Positions 7,911 through 18,000 of a stretch of 64,000 nucleotides of DNA are shown here, piece after piece. The first letter of the stretch is position 1. Every line of letters begins with the position of its first letter. A model generated the notes under the pieces. The model saw only the letters and a list, made by a program, of their open reading frames with translations. It made no database searches and had not been told where the DNA came from. A program made the translations under genes and the position numbers. Source of the stretch: a bacterium (GTDB lineage Bacteria; Verrucomicrobiota; Kiritimatiellia; RFP12; UBA1067); contig JBAXOG010000001.1 in NCBI GenBank assembly GCA_037133395.1, positions 38,123 to 102,122 of the forward strand, read 5' to 3'.

Positions 7911-10900
7911 TTAAAGCGTTGCGAGTTTTTTGAGAATATCATTGCGGGCATCACGGATGTCTTCATCAATTTCGAGAAATGCCCAGCGTGGCCAGCCGTG
8001 ATGGGAACGCACAGCATGTATGGCGGGCAACCAGCGATTCTCGACAGCCCAAGCCTTCTCGACCTTGTCGCGCCGCATGCCCGTGATCTCGAGGATCAGG
8101 TTCACGGGTTCGCCGGAGGGCGCAAGGGCACGGATGATGAAGTCTGGATAGTAGTTGCGAGAGCATCCTTCCTTGTCGGTGTACGGAATACGGAAATCGA
8201 GGAAGGCGTTCTTAACCCAGGAGAGGATGATCCCTTCGCTGGCAAGCATATCAAGCACCTTAGCGGCTTTACCTTCCCAGCCGCTATCGATGACCACTAG
8301 ATTCACGTGGCTGTGGAGAGTTGCGTAGGTATCGCGGGTGGTCTGGCCATGAACAAAGGCGCTACTGCCGAGAGGGTTGTAATAGTGCAGGATCGGGCGG
8401 ATGTGTGACTCGGTGGCCGCGCCGGTTTGGATCGCGCGGGAGACGTGAGCGACAAGGCGTTGCGGCTCGGTGAACAGGAGAAGCTTCTTCCACGCCGCAT
8501 CCTTGTGGAGCACGCGCACCTTGGTGGCATACCACTCAGCGACGATGGCTGTAAGCTGATGGAAGCGCTGAAATTCGGGACTGCCCTGCTCATCCGAGAA
8601 ATGGTCACGAAGAAGGTCTTTGGCGATGCGGTAGATGATCTCCTGCTCGCGTTTCTCAAGAATACTGTCAACCGTGAGCTTGACCTGCTTACCGTCCACG
8701 CCTGTGCCCATGAAAGTAGTTGTGGGAAGCATGGAGCCATCGACCTGATAGTCCTCCAACCCATCGAAACTGTACGTGAGAAGTCCGTCGGGATAGTCGA
8801 TCCGATAACCCTCGACATTCGGGAACGTAATCGCATACTGGTCAGCTCTGTCGCGCAAGGCGAAAACACGACTGATGGCGGCCTGCTGGAGAACAGCGGT
8901 CTTGCCACCTTTGAATAGCTTGAAAGGGACGCCGATGATATGGGCGTACTCCGGTGGAAACTTGTAGGTGGCAATCCGGCGCTTATCGTCGGTGAGGTTA
9001 CCGTCTTTGTCGTAACCCTGGAGGTAGTAACTCTTGCGACGCAGTGCGCGTCCGGCGACCTGCTCGCACAGGAGCTGGGAACCGAATGCACGGAGACCTG
9101 CAATATGTGTAACTGTGTTAGCATCCCAGCCTTCTGTGAGCATTGAGACCGAGACGACGCAACGGATATGCGCCCCCAGCATGTTGCGCTTACCAACGGT
9201 ATTCACCACCTCCCGGAGAATCTCAGCTTCTGTGATCTGGTCTGTGCTGCCCTGTCCGTGAAGACGGGCGTAGTCGCGTTTGAACAGGTCGATTTCCCGT
9301 GCGAAGACCCTCTTAAAGTCATCATCGATCTGGCCCGAGTTTTCCAGCGAATCGCTATCAATCAGGAGCGTCGGTGGTCTTGTCCGAGGTTGCAGCGAGG
9401 AAGGATCGTAGTTTGAGAAGAGATCATACACTCCGGCTATGGCCTGAGCTGGTTCATCACCGGTTGCTGGCTTTTGCTCGTACCCCGCGATATATTTGTA
9501 AACTTCCTTGGAGACAGAGGTGTTATTGCAGACCACAATGAAAACCGGCGGGCTGTCGTCGAGCTCAAGCTGATCGGTGCCCTTCGCACGTGCCGTGAAC
9601 GTCCGGGAACGAAACTCCTTCTCGTAGTGCTCATAAAACTGTTTGAAAGCCGCCTTGACGATATCAGGGATGCGGGGCGGAGATTCTGTGAAGACGGTTC
9701 CCTCGGCCTTGGCCTGAGCTCGTTTCTTTTTCTGACCGGCGGTGGGAAGATCTTTCTTCACATGTTGATAGAGTTCGCGCAGAACAGGCATGCCGATTGC
9801 TTGCGTATCGTCTGAAACTGGCAGGAAGGGTATTTTGACGAGACCTGATTCGATGGCCTCGATAAGACCAAAATCCGCGACCACCCATTCAAAAAGCGTA
9901 TAGGGATCATGACCAGAGCCCGTGAGGTAGTACGGAGTGGCCGAGAGGTCATAGATCGAACGGACTTTGAAGCGTTGGCTGATTTCGCGTAACCCAGAGA
10001 ACCAGACGGCGGCACGCTCGTTCTCCGTCTTGACATCCTCGCCTTCAGCGGAGCGGTCATCGGATTTCGGCTGATAGCAATGGTGGGCTTCATCATTAAT
10101 GATTAAGAGACGGGAGTCGCTCTTAAACTGCCCCAAAATACGGCGTATCACGAGAGAAATATCCTCTTTCCCCTCCGTTTTTTCCCCATCAGCGCCTATC
10201 TTGCCATCGAAAGGCGATCGCTTGTTTCCCTGTAACGTACGGGGTTGGAGCGTATGATAGTTAAAAATGACGATCTTGTGGTTGAGTTGCCTCAGCTCTC
10301 CGCGCCAGAGGTTAGGCACTAAGTGGCGGATGCTATAATAGTCTGCTGCCTCAGAGCCTGTCCGAGTGTCGACCTTCAAGACCGAGAGGCGGTCACGAAT
10401 TGTGATGCCGGGGGTGACGATTAGGAAATTGTCAGCAAAGCGCGTGTCGCCACGATATTCTAGACGGTTGTAAAAATGATAGACGATCAGCGCCGCCATG
10501 ACTACCGTCTTACCGGAGCCTGTGGCCATTTTGAAAGCTATTCGAGGCAGGTTCCCCGTACAAGACTGGGCTGCCTGGAGATCGCTCAGGATCCGCTGAC
10601 CGACATTCGACTTGTCCGCAACCTCATTCAGCCAGATGCCAGTCTCAATCGCTTCTTGCTGGGCAAAGAACAGACGTTGTGTGAAATCACGTTCTTCATT
10701 CAAAAACCAGAACTGCAACAGCTCCCGTGAGACGCGCGTCGTGTTGGAATAGCCAGCTTCACGCCACGCCTTGACTTCGCGCCGCAAAATGTTGATGATA
10801 TGCTCGCTGTAGTTGGCGGCTATTGCTTCATCCATACCAGGAAGGTCACGCTGCTGCCTTTGTTTTACTGGAACGGTCTGACCGGTTCCAGAAAATACCC

Positions 10901-11009
10901 TCCGGCCGTTGACAATGTTCTCATAATCCAATTCCCCCGCGAGGTTCGTCGCGTAATGCAACCTCGGCTCTAAATAAGGGTTATTCAAGATCGGATTTTC
11001 AGTAACCAT
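7911..11009 (-). CDS. res: Type III restriction enzyme Res subunit (SF2 helicase + C-terminal PD-(D/E)xK nuclease)
   Basis: Walker A KMATGSGKT and a DEAH box LLIINDEAHH. C-terminal YYPDFII...VNLILEITGMRRDK is a PD-(D/E)xK-like motif. 1032 aa. Confidence 0.8.
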   Translation of the reverse strand: MVTENPILNNPYLEPRLHYATNLAGELDYENIVNGRRVFSGTGQTVPVKQRQQRDLPGMDEAIAANYSEHIINILRREVKAWREAGYSNTTRVSRELLQFWFLNEERDFTQRLFFAQQEAIETGIWLNEVADKSNVGQRILSDLQAAQSCTGNLPRIAFKMATGSGKTVVMAALIVYHFYNRLEYRGDTRFADNFLIVTPGITIRDRLSVLKVDTRTGSEAADYYSIRHLVPNLWRGELRQLNHKIVIFNYHTLQPRTLQGNKRSPFDGKIGADGEKTEGKEDISLVIRRILGQFKSDSRLLIINDEAHHCYQPKSDDRSAEGEDVKTENERAAVWFSGLREISQRFKVRSIYDLSATPYYLTGSGHDPYTLFEWVVADFGLIEAIESGLVKIPFLPVSDDTQAIGMPVLRELYQHVKKDLPTAGQKKKRAQAKAEGTVFTESPPRIPDIVKAAFKQFYEHYEKEFRSRTFTARAKGTDQLELDDSPPVFIVVCNNTSVSKEVYKYIAGYEQKPATGDEPAQAIAGVYDLFSNYDPSSLQPRTRPPTLLIDSDSLENSGQIDDDFKRVFAREIDLFKRDYARLHGQGSTDQITEAEILREVVNTVGKRNMLGAHIRCVVSVSMLTEGWDANTVTHIAGLRAFGSQLLCEQVAGRALRRKSYYLQGYDKDGNLTDDKRRIATYKFPPEYAHIIGVPFKLFKGGKTAVLQQAAISRVFALRDRADQYAITFPNVEGYRIDYPDGLLTYSFDGLEDYQVDGSMLPTTTFMGTGVDGKQVKLTVDSILEKREQEIIYRIAKDLLRDHFSDEQGSPEFQRFHQLTAIVAEWYATKVRVLHKDAAWKKLLLFTEPQRLVAHVSRAIQTGAATESHIRPILHYYNPLGSSAFVHGQTTRDTYATLHSHVNLVVIDSGWEGKAAKVLDMLASEGIILSWVKNAFLDFRIPYTDKEGCSRNYYPDFIIRALAPSGEPVNLILEITGMRRDKVEKAWAVENRWLPAIHAVRSHHGWPRWAFLEIDEDIRDARNDILKKLATL

Positions 11010-11095
11010 ATAATTTCAAAAAGATACTACATTGGGGAGAGTACGGCAAGCATTTGAGAACAGCATTTTGAGAAAACGTATCCGTCTGCACAAGC

Positions 11096-11140
11096 TTTGA
11101 GGTCACAATTTGTGACCTCAAACACATAACCTCTTTATTA
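11096..11140. repeat. Hairpin-containing repeat, copy B (TTTGAGGTCACA-loop-TGTGACCTCAAACACATAACCTCTTTATTA)
   Basis: 10-bp perfect inverted repeat plus the same tail as copy A. The stem sequence differs from copy A with compensatory changes. It lies in the 158-nt gap upstream of res. Confidence 0.6.
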
Positions 11141-11167
11141 TCAAGGAGAAACATACATAACACCCTG

Positions 11168-11620
11168 TCATTTCTGCATGGAGGTTCTTCCTACGGAGAA
11201 GACAGACGAATCTGTTTTAGTGAACGCACCGTCGAAGGCGTGCCGGTCAACCGCGCCCGACTCGACAACGGCCTTTACCTTCTCACGTGTCGGCGAGCCA
11301 ACCTGTGGGAGCAGCGGTGCAAGTAACGGAGAGATCTCGCCAAGATGGGCTTTAATTTTCGCTAAGTCTGGCTCTAAAATCTGGCTATATTTATCACCCA
11401 ACCGCTGTTGCAGCAAGACTTCATCATACTTGACTGTTGTCTTTGGATAATAACGAACTGTCAACTGCTTATTCTCCAGCGTTGGTGTCCACATACTTTG
11501 TCCAGTCGCCTGCATGTGGGCGACGAGCACATCGCGCCATCTCTTTTTCTCAGTCTCCAGCTTTGCGGCCTCTTCCTGAATCTCAACGTATCGCTTAAGT
11601 GCCTCCTGAACTGTGCTCAC
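11168..11620 (-). CDS. Hypothetical protein (150 aa); N-terminal half reads as helical/charged (possible coiled coil)
   Basis: Uninterrupted ORF with no recognisable motifs. Sits between the SirC-HemA gene and the R-M island. Confidence 0.45.
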   Translation of the reverse strand: MSTVQEALKRYVEIQEEAAKLETEKKRWRDVLVAHMQATGQSMWTPTLENKQLTVRYYPKTTVKYDEVLLQQRLGDKYSQILEPDLAKIKAHLGEISPLLAPLLPQVGSPTREKVKAVVESGAVDRHAFDGAFTKTDSSVFSVGRTSMQK

Positions 11621-11704
11621 ATTTCCTCGCTTTCTTATTCACCCAAGTGGGTACAGTGTACCGATGTTCCTTGGAAAAAGGCAATAAGAAAAGAAGATTT
11701 TTGG

Positions 11705-13186
11705 CTACTCCCCGCGAAGGCTCTTGATAATGCGTTCGTAGCTCTCGCGATTAGCGTCAAGAACGCGATCACAAAGGGTCATAGCTTTATCCAGAGAGCC
11801 ATTTTGTTCCCGGAACCAGCGTTTCAACTCATCTAGATCGGCCACGCGGATATTCCCGCCGCAAGCATCAAAAGTCGGATCAATATTTCGGGGAATACCC
11901 ACATCCACGAAAAAGGTTCCTTGAGGATTCAACACGGGCTTGTGGGCTGCAACCGTCACAACGGGCAACTGCGTATTTACCGCACTGATCACGATGTCGA
12001 CCTCAGGCAATACGTCATGAAGCTGATCCAGTTGCACGACCCGAACCCCTTTCGCTGCCTCTGGCTTGTTGGCATGATACGCCCAGATGCATTTGACGTT
12101 CCGCTCCAGCAGCCCTTTGATCGCGCCACGCCCGACCACACCTGAACCAATGACCAATGCGGTTCCTTGTGACAAGCTCTTCGAATCGAGGTACCGCAAC
12201 GCGACATCTTCGATCTCGGAGACATCGAGCAAGTTTCCCATTTCCGCGCGAACATCTTTTGACACGCGCAATGCGGAGTCACAGAGGCCACGGATCAGGG
12301 ACCCAGCCCAGCCCCGTGCTACAGCCTCATCAATCGCATCCTTCAGTTGGGCGACCACATGCACCTCGCCCGGAACCTGGGAATCCATACCGGCGGTCAC
12401 TTTACAGACGTGCGCAAAGGCATCAAAGCCATGTTTCATGTAATACAAATCTGAACGAAGCTGATCAAAACGCATCAATCTGCGTAAGATGCCACACGTT
12501 CCCACTTCTTTTGAAATGGCCGCAATGATTTCGACCCGATTACAGGTGTTCAGAATGAGAAACTCATGAACACCCCAAACCTGACGGATCATCTCCCCCA
12601 ACTCCTCTCTCTCTCGCAGGAGCAGATGATAGGGTGCACGTTCAGCCGTTCCGAGGTACGCATGGCTGGTACCCAAAACGAGCAGATCCGAACTTTCAAT
12701 GGAATCCAGATGTTTACGCAAATTATCTTTGATCAGCCGCGACTGCACGCACGACCTGCCGCTCGTGGAGACCGCGATCAGTACTTCCCCTGCGCGAATG
12801 ATCGCGGGGGTTACAAAATCACCATCTGGCCAGTTGCCATCGGCACAGCAACAGGGCACTTTCGCTTGCTGGGAAACCTCTAAAATATAACGATTCACGC
12901 GCTTATCATCCGTACAGGCAAAAACAAGCGCAGCGCAATTGACATCGGTATCTTCGAAGCGACGCGCCAGATACTCGATCCGACCTGCATCCGCTAACGT
13001 GATTAATTCGGGAACACAATCTGGGCAGACCAACACGACGTGCGCATCGGCAGCCAGCAGCAAATCAATTTTGCGCTCCCCCACACGTCCGCCGCCCACA
13101 ACAAGTACGCGCTTCCCCTCAATCATTGTATTAACCGGAAACGTCTTCCGGACTGGCCTAGAATCCCTCTTTTCCATAATTTTCAA
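11705..13186 (-). CDS. Bifunctional precorrin-2 dehydrogenase (SirC/CysG N-domain-like) + glutamyl-tRNA reductase (HemA)
   Basis: N-terminus GKRVLVVGGGRVGERKIDLLLAADAHVVLV is the CysG/Met8 NAD-binding fold. The HemA catalytic signature ILNTCNRVEII and the HemA NADP domain ALVIGSGVVGRG follow. Confidence 0.8.
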   Translation of the reverse strand: MKIMEKRDSRPVRKTFPVNTMIEGKRVLVVGGGRVGERKIDLLLAADAHVVLVCPDCVPELITLADAGRIEYLARRFEDTDVNCAALVFACTDDKRVNRYILEVSQQAKVPCCCADGNWPDGDFVTPAIIRAGEVLIAVSTSGRSCVQSRLIKDNLRKHLDSIESSDLLVLGTSHAYLGTAERAPYHLLLREREELGEMIRQVWGVHEFLILNTCNRVEIIAAISKEVGTCGILRRLMRFDQLRSDLYYMKHGFDAFAHVCKVTAGMDSQVPGEVHVVAQLKDAIDEAVARGWAGSLIRGLCDSALRVSKDVRAEMGNLLDVSEIEDVALRYLDSKSLSQGTALVIGSGVVGRGAIKGLLERNVKCIWAYHANKPEAAKGVRVVQLDQLHDVLPEVDIVISAVNTQLPVVTVAAHKPVLNPQGTFFVDVGIPRNIDPTFDACGGNIRVADLDELKRWFREQNGSLDKAMTLCDRVLDANRESYERIIKSLRGE

Positions 13187-13229
13187 ACTATATCAGAATT
13201 CGTCCCTTTTCGGAATTTCAAATTTAAGA

Positions 13230-14696
13230 TTAACCCTTTTTTTGTTCGGCAAAGTGCCTCAAAGCGACGTCAAAGTGTTTGCCCAAGAGCGAACGGAGTG
13301 CCTGATCGACAGCCTGACCTTCCCCCTTCAGGCGATTGACACCCAGCGCCTCTGGCGCTTCGCCGTCATCAAAGAAAATCGTGATGATTTTGTCCGCCGT
13401 CATTCCCTCTCCGCACTGGCAAAGTAGATAGCAATTTCCCTCCCCGACCACTTTTGCGAGGATGTGGTTACGTTCAAGCTTGTCAATCACGCCACGAACA
13501 AGGCCATGGGGAATGCCATGTTGACGTGCAAAGGCTTCAGCGTCAAAGGGGGTACCCTCTTGTTCGCCTGAACACTTTTCCGCCTCTGCGCAGATGGCGC
13601 AAGCGAGGATGACCCGCGTACGCGGACTTGCTTTTGCCGCATATTGCTCCAAAATATAGGTGTCACGATTTTGAGCCGCAAAAGCAATCTCGGCACCGAT
13701 CAGCACGATTTGCCAGCTTGTGTACATCCACAACAGCAGAATCGGTAGAAGGGCAAAGCCTCCATACACCATGCTGTTGCCAGCAATACCTACCTGCAAC
13801 ATGGCGCAGATCTTCAGCCAGGCCGCGAACAAGAGCATGGTCACAAATCCGCCAATGAGGGCAGGACGTACCTTGACGCGCTCATTCGGCATGAAGCCCA
13901 GCAAGAAGGCGAACATCAAGGTTCCTAAAATCAGCGGAATCACTGCCCTCAGGAAGGAGCCGCCCATAAACCCGCGCACCGTTTCCGGTGTCACGCCCCC
14001 CAAGGTCTTGTCCATGAGCTCCATGACATGCGAAACAACCGGAATGGAGGAGGCCGCCACAATCAAAATCGGGAGCACGATGCTCACGCTGGTGTAATCG
14101 GTAAACTTCCGAACAACAGACCTACACTGAGACACCCCCCAGATCTCGTTAAAACTGTTTTCAATTTTCTCCAGCATACCGATAACGGTCCAAAGCAAAA
14201 GGAGCAATCCGATGAGGCCGAGCGTCCGGAAGTCAATGCGCTCGACCTGTTCGAAGAGTTTCCCGGTCACATCGCGGGCCTGCTTCCCGAAAAGGCGAAC
14301 GACTTCAACCTGTTCCGGAGTCTTTGCACCCCATGCCAGGGTTGGGAGATTTGTGCTGGCCTGCACCACAGGATGCTCCATCTGCGTGAGCCATGCGTCA
14401 AGCTGGGTGCTCGCCCGCTGGCGCAAAAGGTCAGCACCGCCCAACGAACGGGTCAACCCCAAAACCAAGACGAGGACCGGGACCAAGGCCAATAATGAAT
14501 AGTAGGTCAGCGAAGCCGCATGCAAAGGACAGCGATGTCGTTGGAAACCATGAAAGACCAAACTCACGAAGCGCAACGTCTTGACCGCCATCCGTCGCGG
14601 ATAAGAGAGTTCATGCATGGACAGCAACCACTGACCACGTATCAAAAAATTCAATATCCATTCGCTCAGCGATGGCTTTTCAGATGACTTTTTCAT
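13230..14696 (-). CDS. YihY/BrkB-family inner-membrane protein with a C-terminal cytoplasmic extension
   Basis: LTYYSLLALVPVLVLVLGL signature, multiple TM segments, and an Ala/Cys-rich C-terminal soluble tail. Confidence 0.75.
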   Translation of the reverse strand: MKKSSEKPSLSEWILNFLIRGQWLLSMHELSYPRRMAVKTLRFVSLVFHGFQRHRCPLHAASLTYYSLLALVPVLVLVLGLTRSLGGADLLRQRASTQLDAWLTQMEHPVVQASTNLPTLAWGAKTPEQVEVVRLFGKQARDVTGKLFEQVERIDFRTLGLIGLLLLLWTVIGMLEKIENSFNEIWGVSQCRSVVRKFTDYTSVSIVLPILIVAASSIPVVSHVMELMDKTLGGVTPETVRGFMGGSFLRAVIPLILGTLMFAFLLGFMPNERVKVRPALIGGFVTMLLFAAWLKICAMLQVGIAGNSMVYGGFALLPILLLWMYTSWQIVLIGAEIAFAAQNRDTYILEQYAAKASPRTRVILACAICAEAEKCSGEQEGTPFDAEAFARQHGIPHGLVRGVIDKLERNHILAKVVGEGNCYLLCQCGEGMTADKIITIFFDDGEAPEALGVNRLKGEGQAVDQALRSLLGKHFDVALRHFAEQKKG

Positions 14697-14802
14697 CCCG
14701 CGCTAGTCGGGGTAACCCCGTCCCTTCCTTATTAGACCCAGCCACATTAAGCACGGACGGCATAAAAGTCAATGGAAAAGTGAGAAAGTGCGAGAAGGTC
14801 TC

Positions 14803-14825
14803 GGGTTCAGGGTTCGGGGTTCAGG
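14803..14825 (-). repeat. Heptamer array (GAACCCY)x3, read on minus strand, about 100 nt upstream of yihY-family gene
   Basis: Plus-strand GGGTTCAGGGTTCGGGGTTCAGG. Same motif as the array at 41621-41651. Confidence 0.5.
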
Positions 14826-14880
14826 CACCACTCAAGATGTGGGATGGATCTTCATCTATTGGAACTGTTCCGGCTAGAGT

Positions 14881-15078
14881 ATGAATCAAAGTCAGTAGCG
14901 TCCCATCGGACGCAGGTTTTTAGGCTGTAGACTGTTAGGAAACTCCTGGGGTTCAGTTGTGCCCGTGTTGAGTCAGCGTTGGAATTTAAGTTAAGTTTTC
15001 TTAGCGTTTCACCTAATAGCCTACAGCCTAAACTGCTACAGCCTAGCCATCCTTATGGGATGGCAATGAATCAAAGTC
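14881..15078. mobile_element. MITE-like element: 172-bp internally palindromic segment bounded by a perfect 13-bp direct repeat ATGAATCAAAGTC
   Basis: Direct repeats at 14881-14893 and 15066-15078. The second copy overlaps the stop codon of the 15071-18484 gene. Internal inverted repeats TAGGCTGTAG/CTACAGCCTA and GTCCCATCGG/GGGATGG. No coding capacity. Confidence 0.3.
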
Positions 15079-18000
15079 CTGAGTAAGTGGCCCTGCGTAT
15101 CCGCAACAGCAGTTCTTCAGGAGAGACCACGTGAAGTTTGTTCGTGTCTAATCCTTGCACGACCGCATTCATGGCAGGCAGTCCCTGCCGACTCTTGCCA
15201 CTGTCTGTCTTGTGCTGTGACCACGCGTTAACAGCGACCCAGCCACCAAGTCCCGCAGCCTCATCCGTGTTGATCGCTTGCGCAACCCGTTCGGGACTTC
15301 CTGCACGCGGCCTGTTCATATTATCCCATAAGCAATACCGTGCGCAAACCGCCGGAATACGCCCGCCCCTACCGTTTTGGATCCAATCGATCCGCCCATC
15401 TCCTCCATGATAAGGAGCATAATCCATCACCATAATCCCCAGAAGAGTCGGAATTTCTTCTGCAAATATCCGTAACGCTTTCTGTGCATCAGCCGATTCG
15501 CTGTGTTCAAATATCATCGTCAGAACCGTCACACCTGTTCGTTCCATTGTGGCGTTGATCCGCCGGGCATGCAAACGTAAAACATCCCAACGGTTGGATC
15601 GCGTAGAGGCGAAGTGATCTGGATAAAAATAACCGCCACCAAACTGCACCACGGTCGTCTCTTTCGGCTTTGACTCGGCTATGCGATCCACAATCACAGG
15701 ACACACCATCGTCATGTCCCCCGCGCCTATGCTCCAGCCCATCGGGAACTTACCGTGCAGCGGACTGTCCCAAAACGTGTTGGACCAAAAGTTGCCCATG
15801 ATGTAAGCCGCATTGTCGCCATCGCTGTTCATGAAGGCTACACATCGCCGGGTATCCTTCCAGTCAATCTGCGAAGGGTCTAACGCCGGCAATTTCTTCG
15901 AATGATAGTTATTCGCACCCGCCGAATAAAAAGGCGCGTTCAAAATCCAGTTTGACACGGTATGAAAATGACCGCGCGCGGAAACGGGCTGGCAATGTCT
16001 GAACTCGTCGCCCACGCCCCACCCGATCATTGCCGCAGGCGGCTTCACCTGATCCAGCATCCGCCACGCCGGCGTACTCGTGCCAAACGTCACAGGCAAG
16101 GTATGCGCAATCATCAGATCCCGATTATTAGCTGTCTTCGGATCGATCAAACCTACTGCGTCACGCGCCTCGAAGTCCGCACGGTGAGCCTCGAAATAGG
16201 CCAACGGCTCGACCCCGCGCGAATCAAAAAGACAGAAGAGCCCCAACGCCTTCATCCGGCTTTCGGACACTACGGTCACGGGCACGGCTCTGAGTCGCGC
16301 AGTAGCCATGGTTGCCGTGTTCAGTGACTGGTCAACTTCTTGTCGAGGTTCGTAAGCCCGGCCTTCATAGGTGTCGGACGAATAGAGCACGTACCCCTTG
16401 ACCTGACCCGTATTGACGGCCCGCGTCAAGAGCGCATCCGCAGCCACAGTCCCGCGATTCTTCAACGTCAGTCGCTCGATTGTGCGGTCGCGCCACGCTT
16501 CATAGGGTTGATGCCGCTGCTCGATCCAGACCAGCTCGTCGTCCTTGCCCTCATTCACCCCGCGTGCCTTCAATCCTGCTACAGCCTGAAGGATCACTTG
16601 TCCCTCCAATTCCTGCGGCCATTCGACCGTTACAAACGCCGCAGGCGCTTTCTGCACCGGCCACCAGCCTGTTCCCTCATCGCTACTCGATGAACGCCTT
16701 GTGCCGTCCTGGACCTTCTGGCCAAATTGGCACGTAAACACTTCTGCATCTGTTGACAGCGGCTTGTTGTCCACAACCGACAGGTAGCTATCGTCGGTCA
16801 GCACGAGATCTGCAAACCGTGCTTCGCTACGCATTCCCAGCAGGTTGTTCTGATTCCAGACTCCGACTGCAACCTGTACTTTCGTCGCGCCGAGCCGGGC
16901 AAAGTCCCCTGGAGTGTGGGTGGTATCGTAAAGCTCTTGCACATTGAGTGTGAAAGTGTGCCACTGGTTGGTAGCGGTCGGCAACTTCCAAAACATTCCC
17001 TGTTTCTTCTTGCCCAGTTCCTGAAAATACATCCAGCTCGCCTGCTTGCCATTGAGCTGATAGCCTAAGCTCCGCGGCAGGTAATTGCAACGCTCTTCTT
17101 CCGCACTCCAGCGGAACATCATGAGCGCCTTCAACTCCGTGTCGTTCATCAGCAAGGCCGTCACATAGCCGCCTCCAGCCTTCGGCATTTCGTTCAGCAG
17201 ATAACGGCCACCCAACACGGGCGATTGCCCTGGTGCGAGCGCAACGACCTGACTGGCTTGCAGATATTCGTCATCCGACCAGATCGACTCCACAGGAGTC
17301 TTGACCGCAAAGGTTGCTCCCTGCCCGTCTGCGCGAGCCACAAAAAACGGATCGCTGTCACGCGAATAGCGGTCAGGCAATGTCCACCCCGTGAAGCCCT
17401 TGCTGAAGTCGCCATTTTCTAGCATCGGCTTCGCGGCCAGCTCCGGCAGGCTATGGAACCACAGCGGGTTCTTCTGCTCGTCGAACGGCTTGAACATCGA
17501 CTCCGGGAAAACATATTCCTTGTCGGTTCCTGCGAGACGTCCGCGCAGAATCAACTTGTCGCCGTCTACATCCACGAGCACATAATAGCCGCCGCGCTCA
17601 ATGCCGTCTTTGAATGCGGGATATTCTTCGCCGTAGGGGCGCGGCTGGATGATGGTCGGCACTGTGAAGAACCGGATGCCCTTGTACGCCCACGCGACCT
17701 TCTCGGCTGTCTGGATACCATTGTGGACATGACCGTTGAAGTAATATTTCACATTACCGTAACGCGCCATCAGATCCAGCATCTTCTTGCGCAGTGCCAG
17801 TGGCTGCTGATAGAACTCGGTCTGGCTCAACCCCTGCGGCATGAAGTGCAGATGGTTGAACACAATGGTCGGACGGTCTTTATTGGCCGCCAGATCGTTC
17901 TCCAGCCAATCGAGCAGTTTCTTTTCAATTGCTTTTTGTTCTGGGCTGTTCCCGTCTAAATTACACGGAGTAAAAACAAAATGCCACTTGCCCGCGTCAA

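Noticed and set aside
8303-9196. 297-aa minus-strand ORF
   Set aside because: Alternative frame inside res. Ser/Thr/Arg-rich nonsense translation.
3378-11140. Hairpin copies A and B as a target-site duplication or att site of the island
   Set aside because: The two copies differ by compensatory stem changes and indels. That fits an evolving structured element, not a recent exact duplication, and no integrase or transposase is present. Kept only as flanking repeats.
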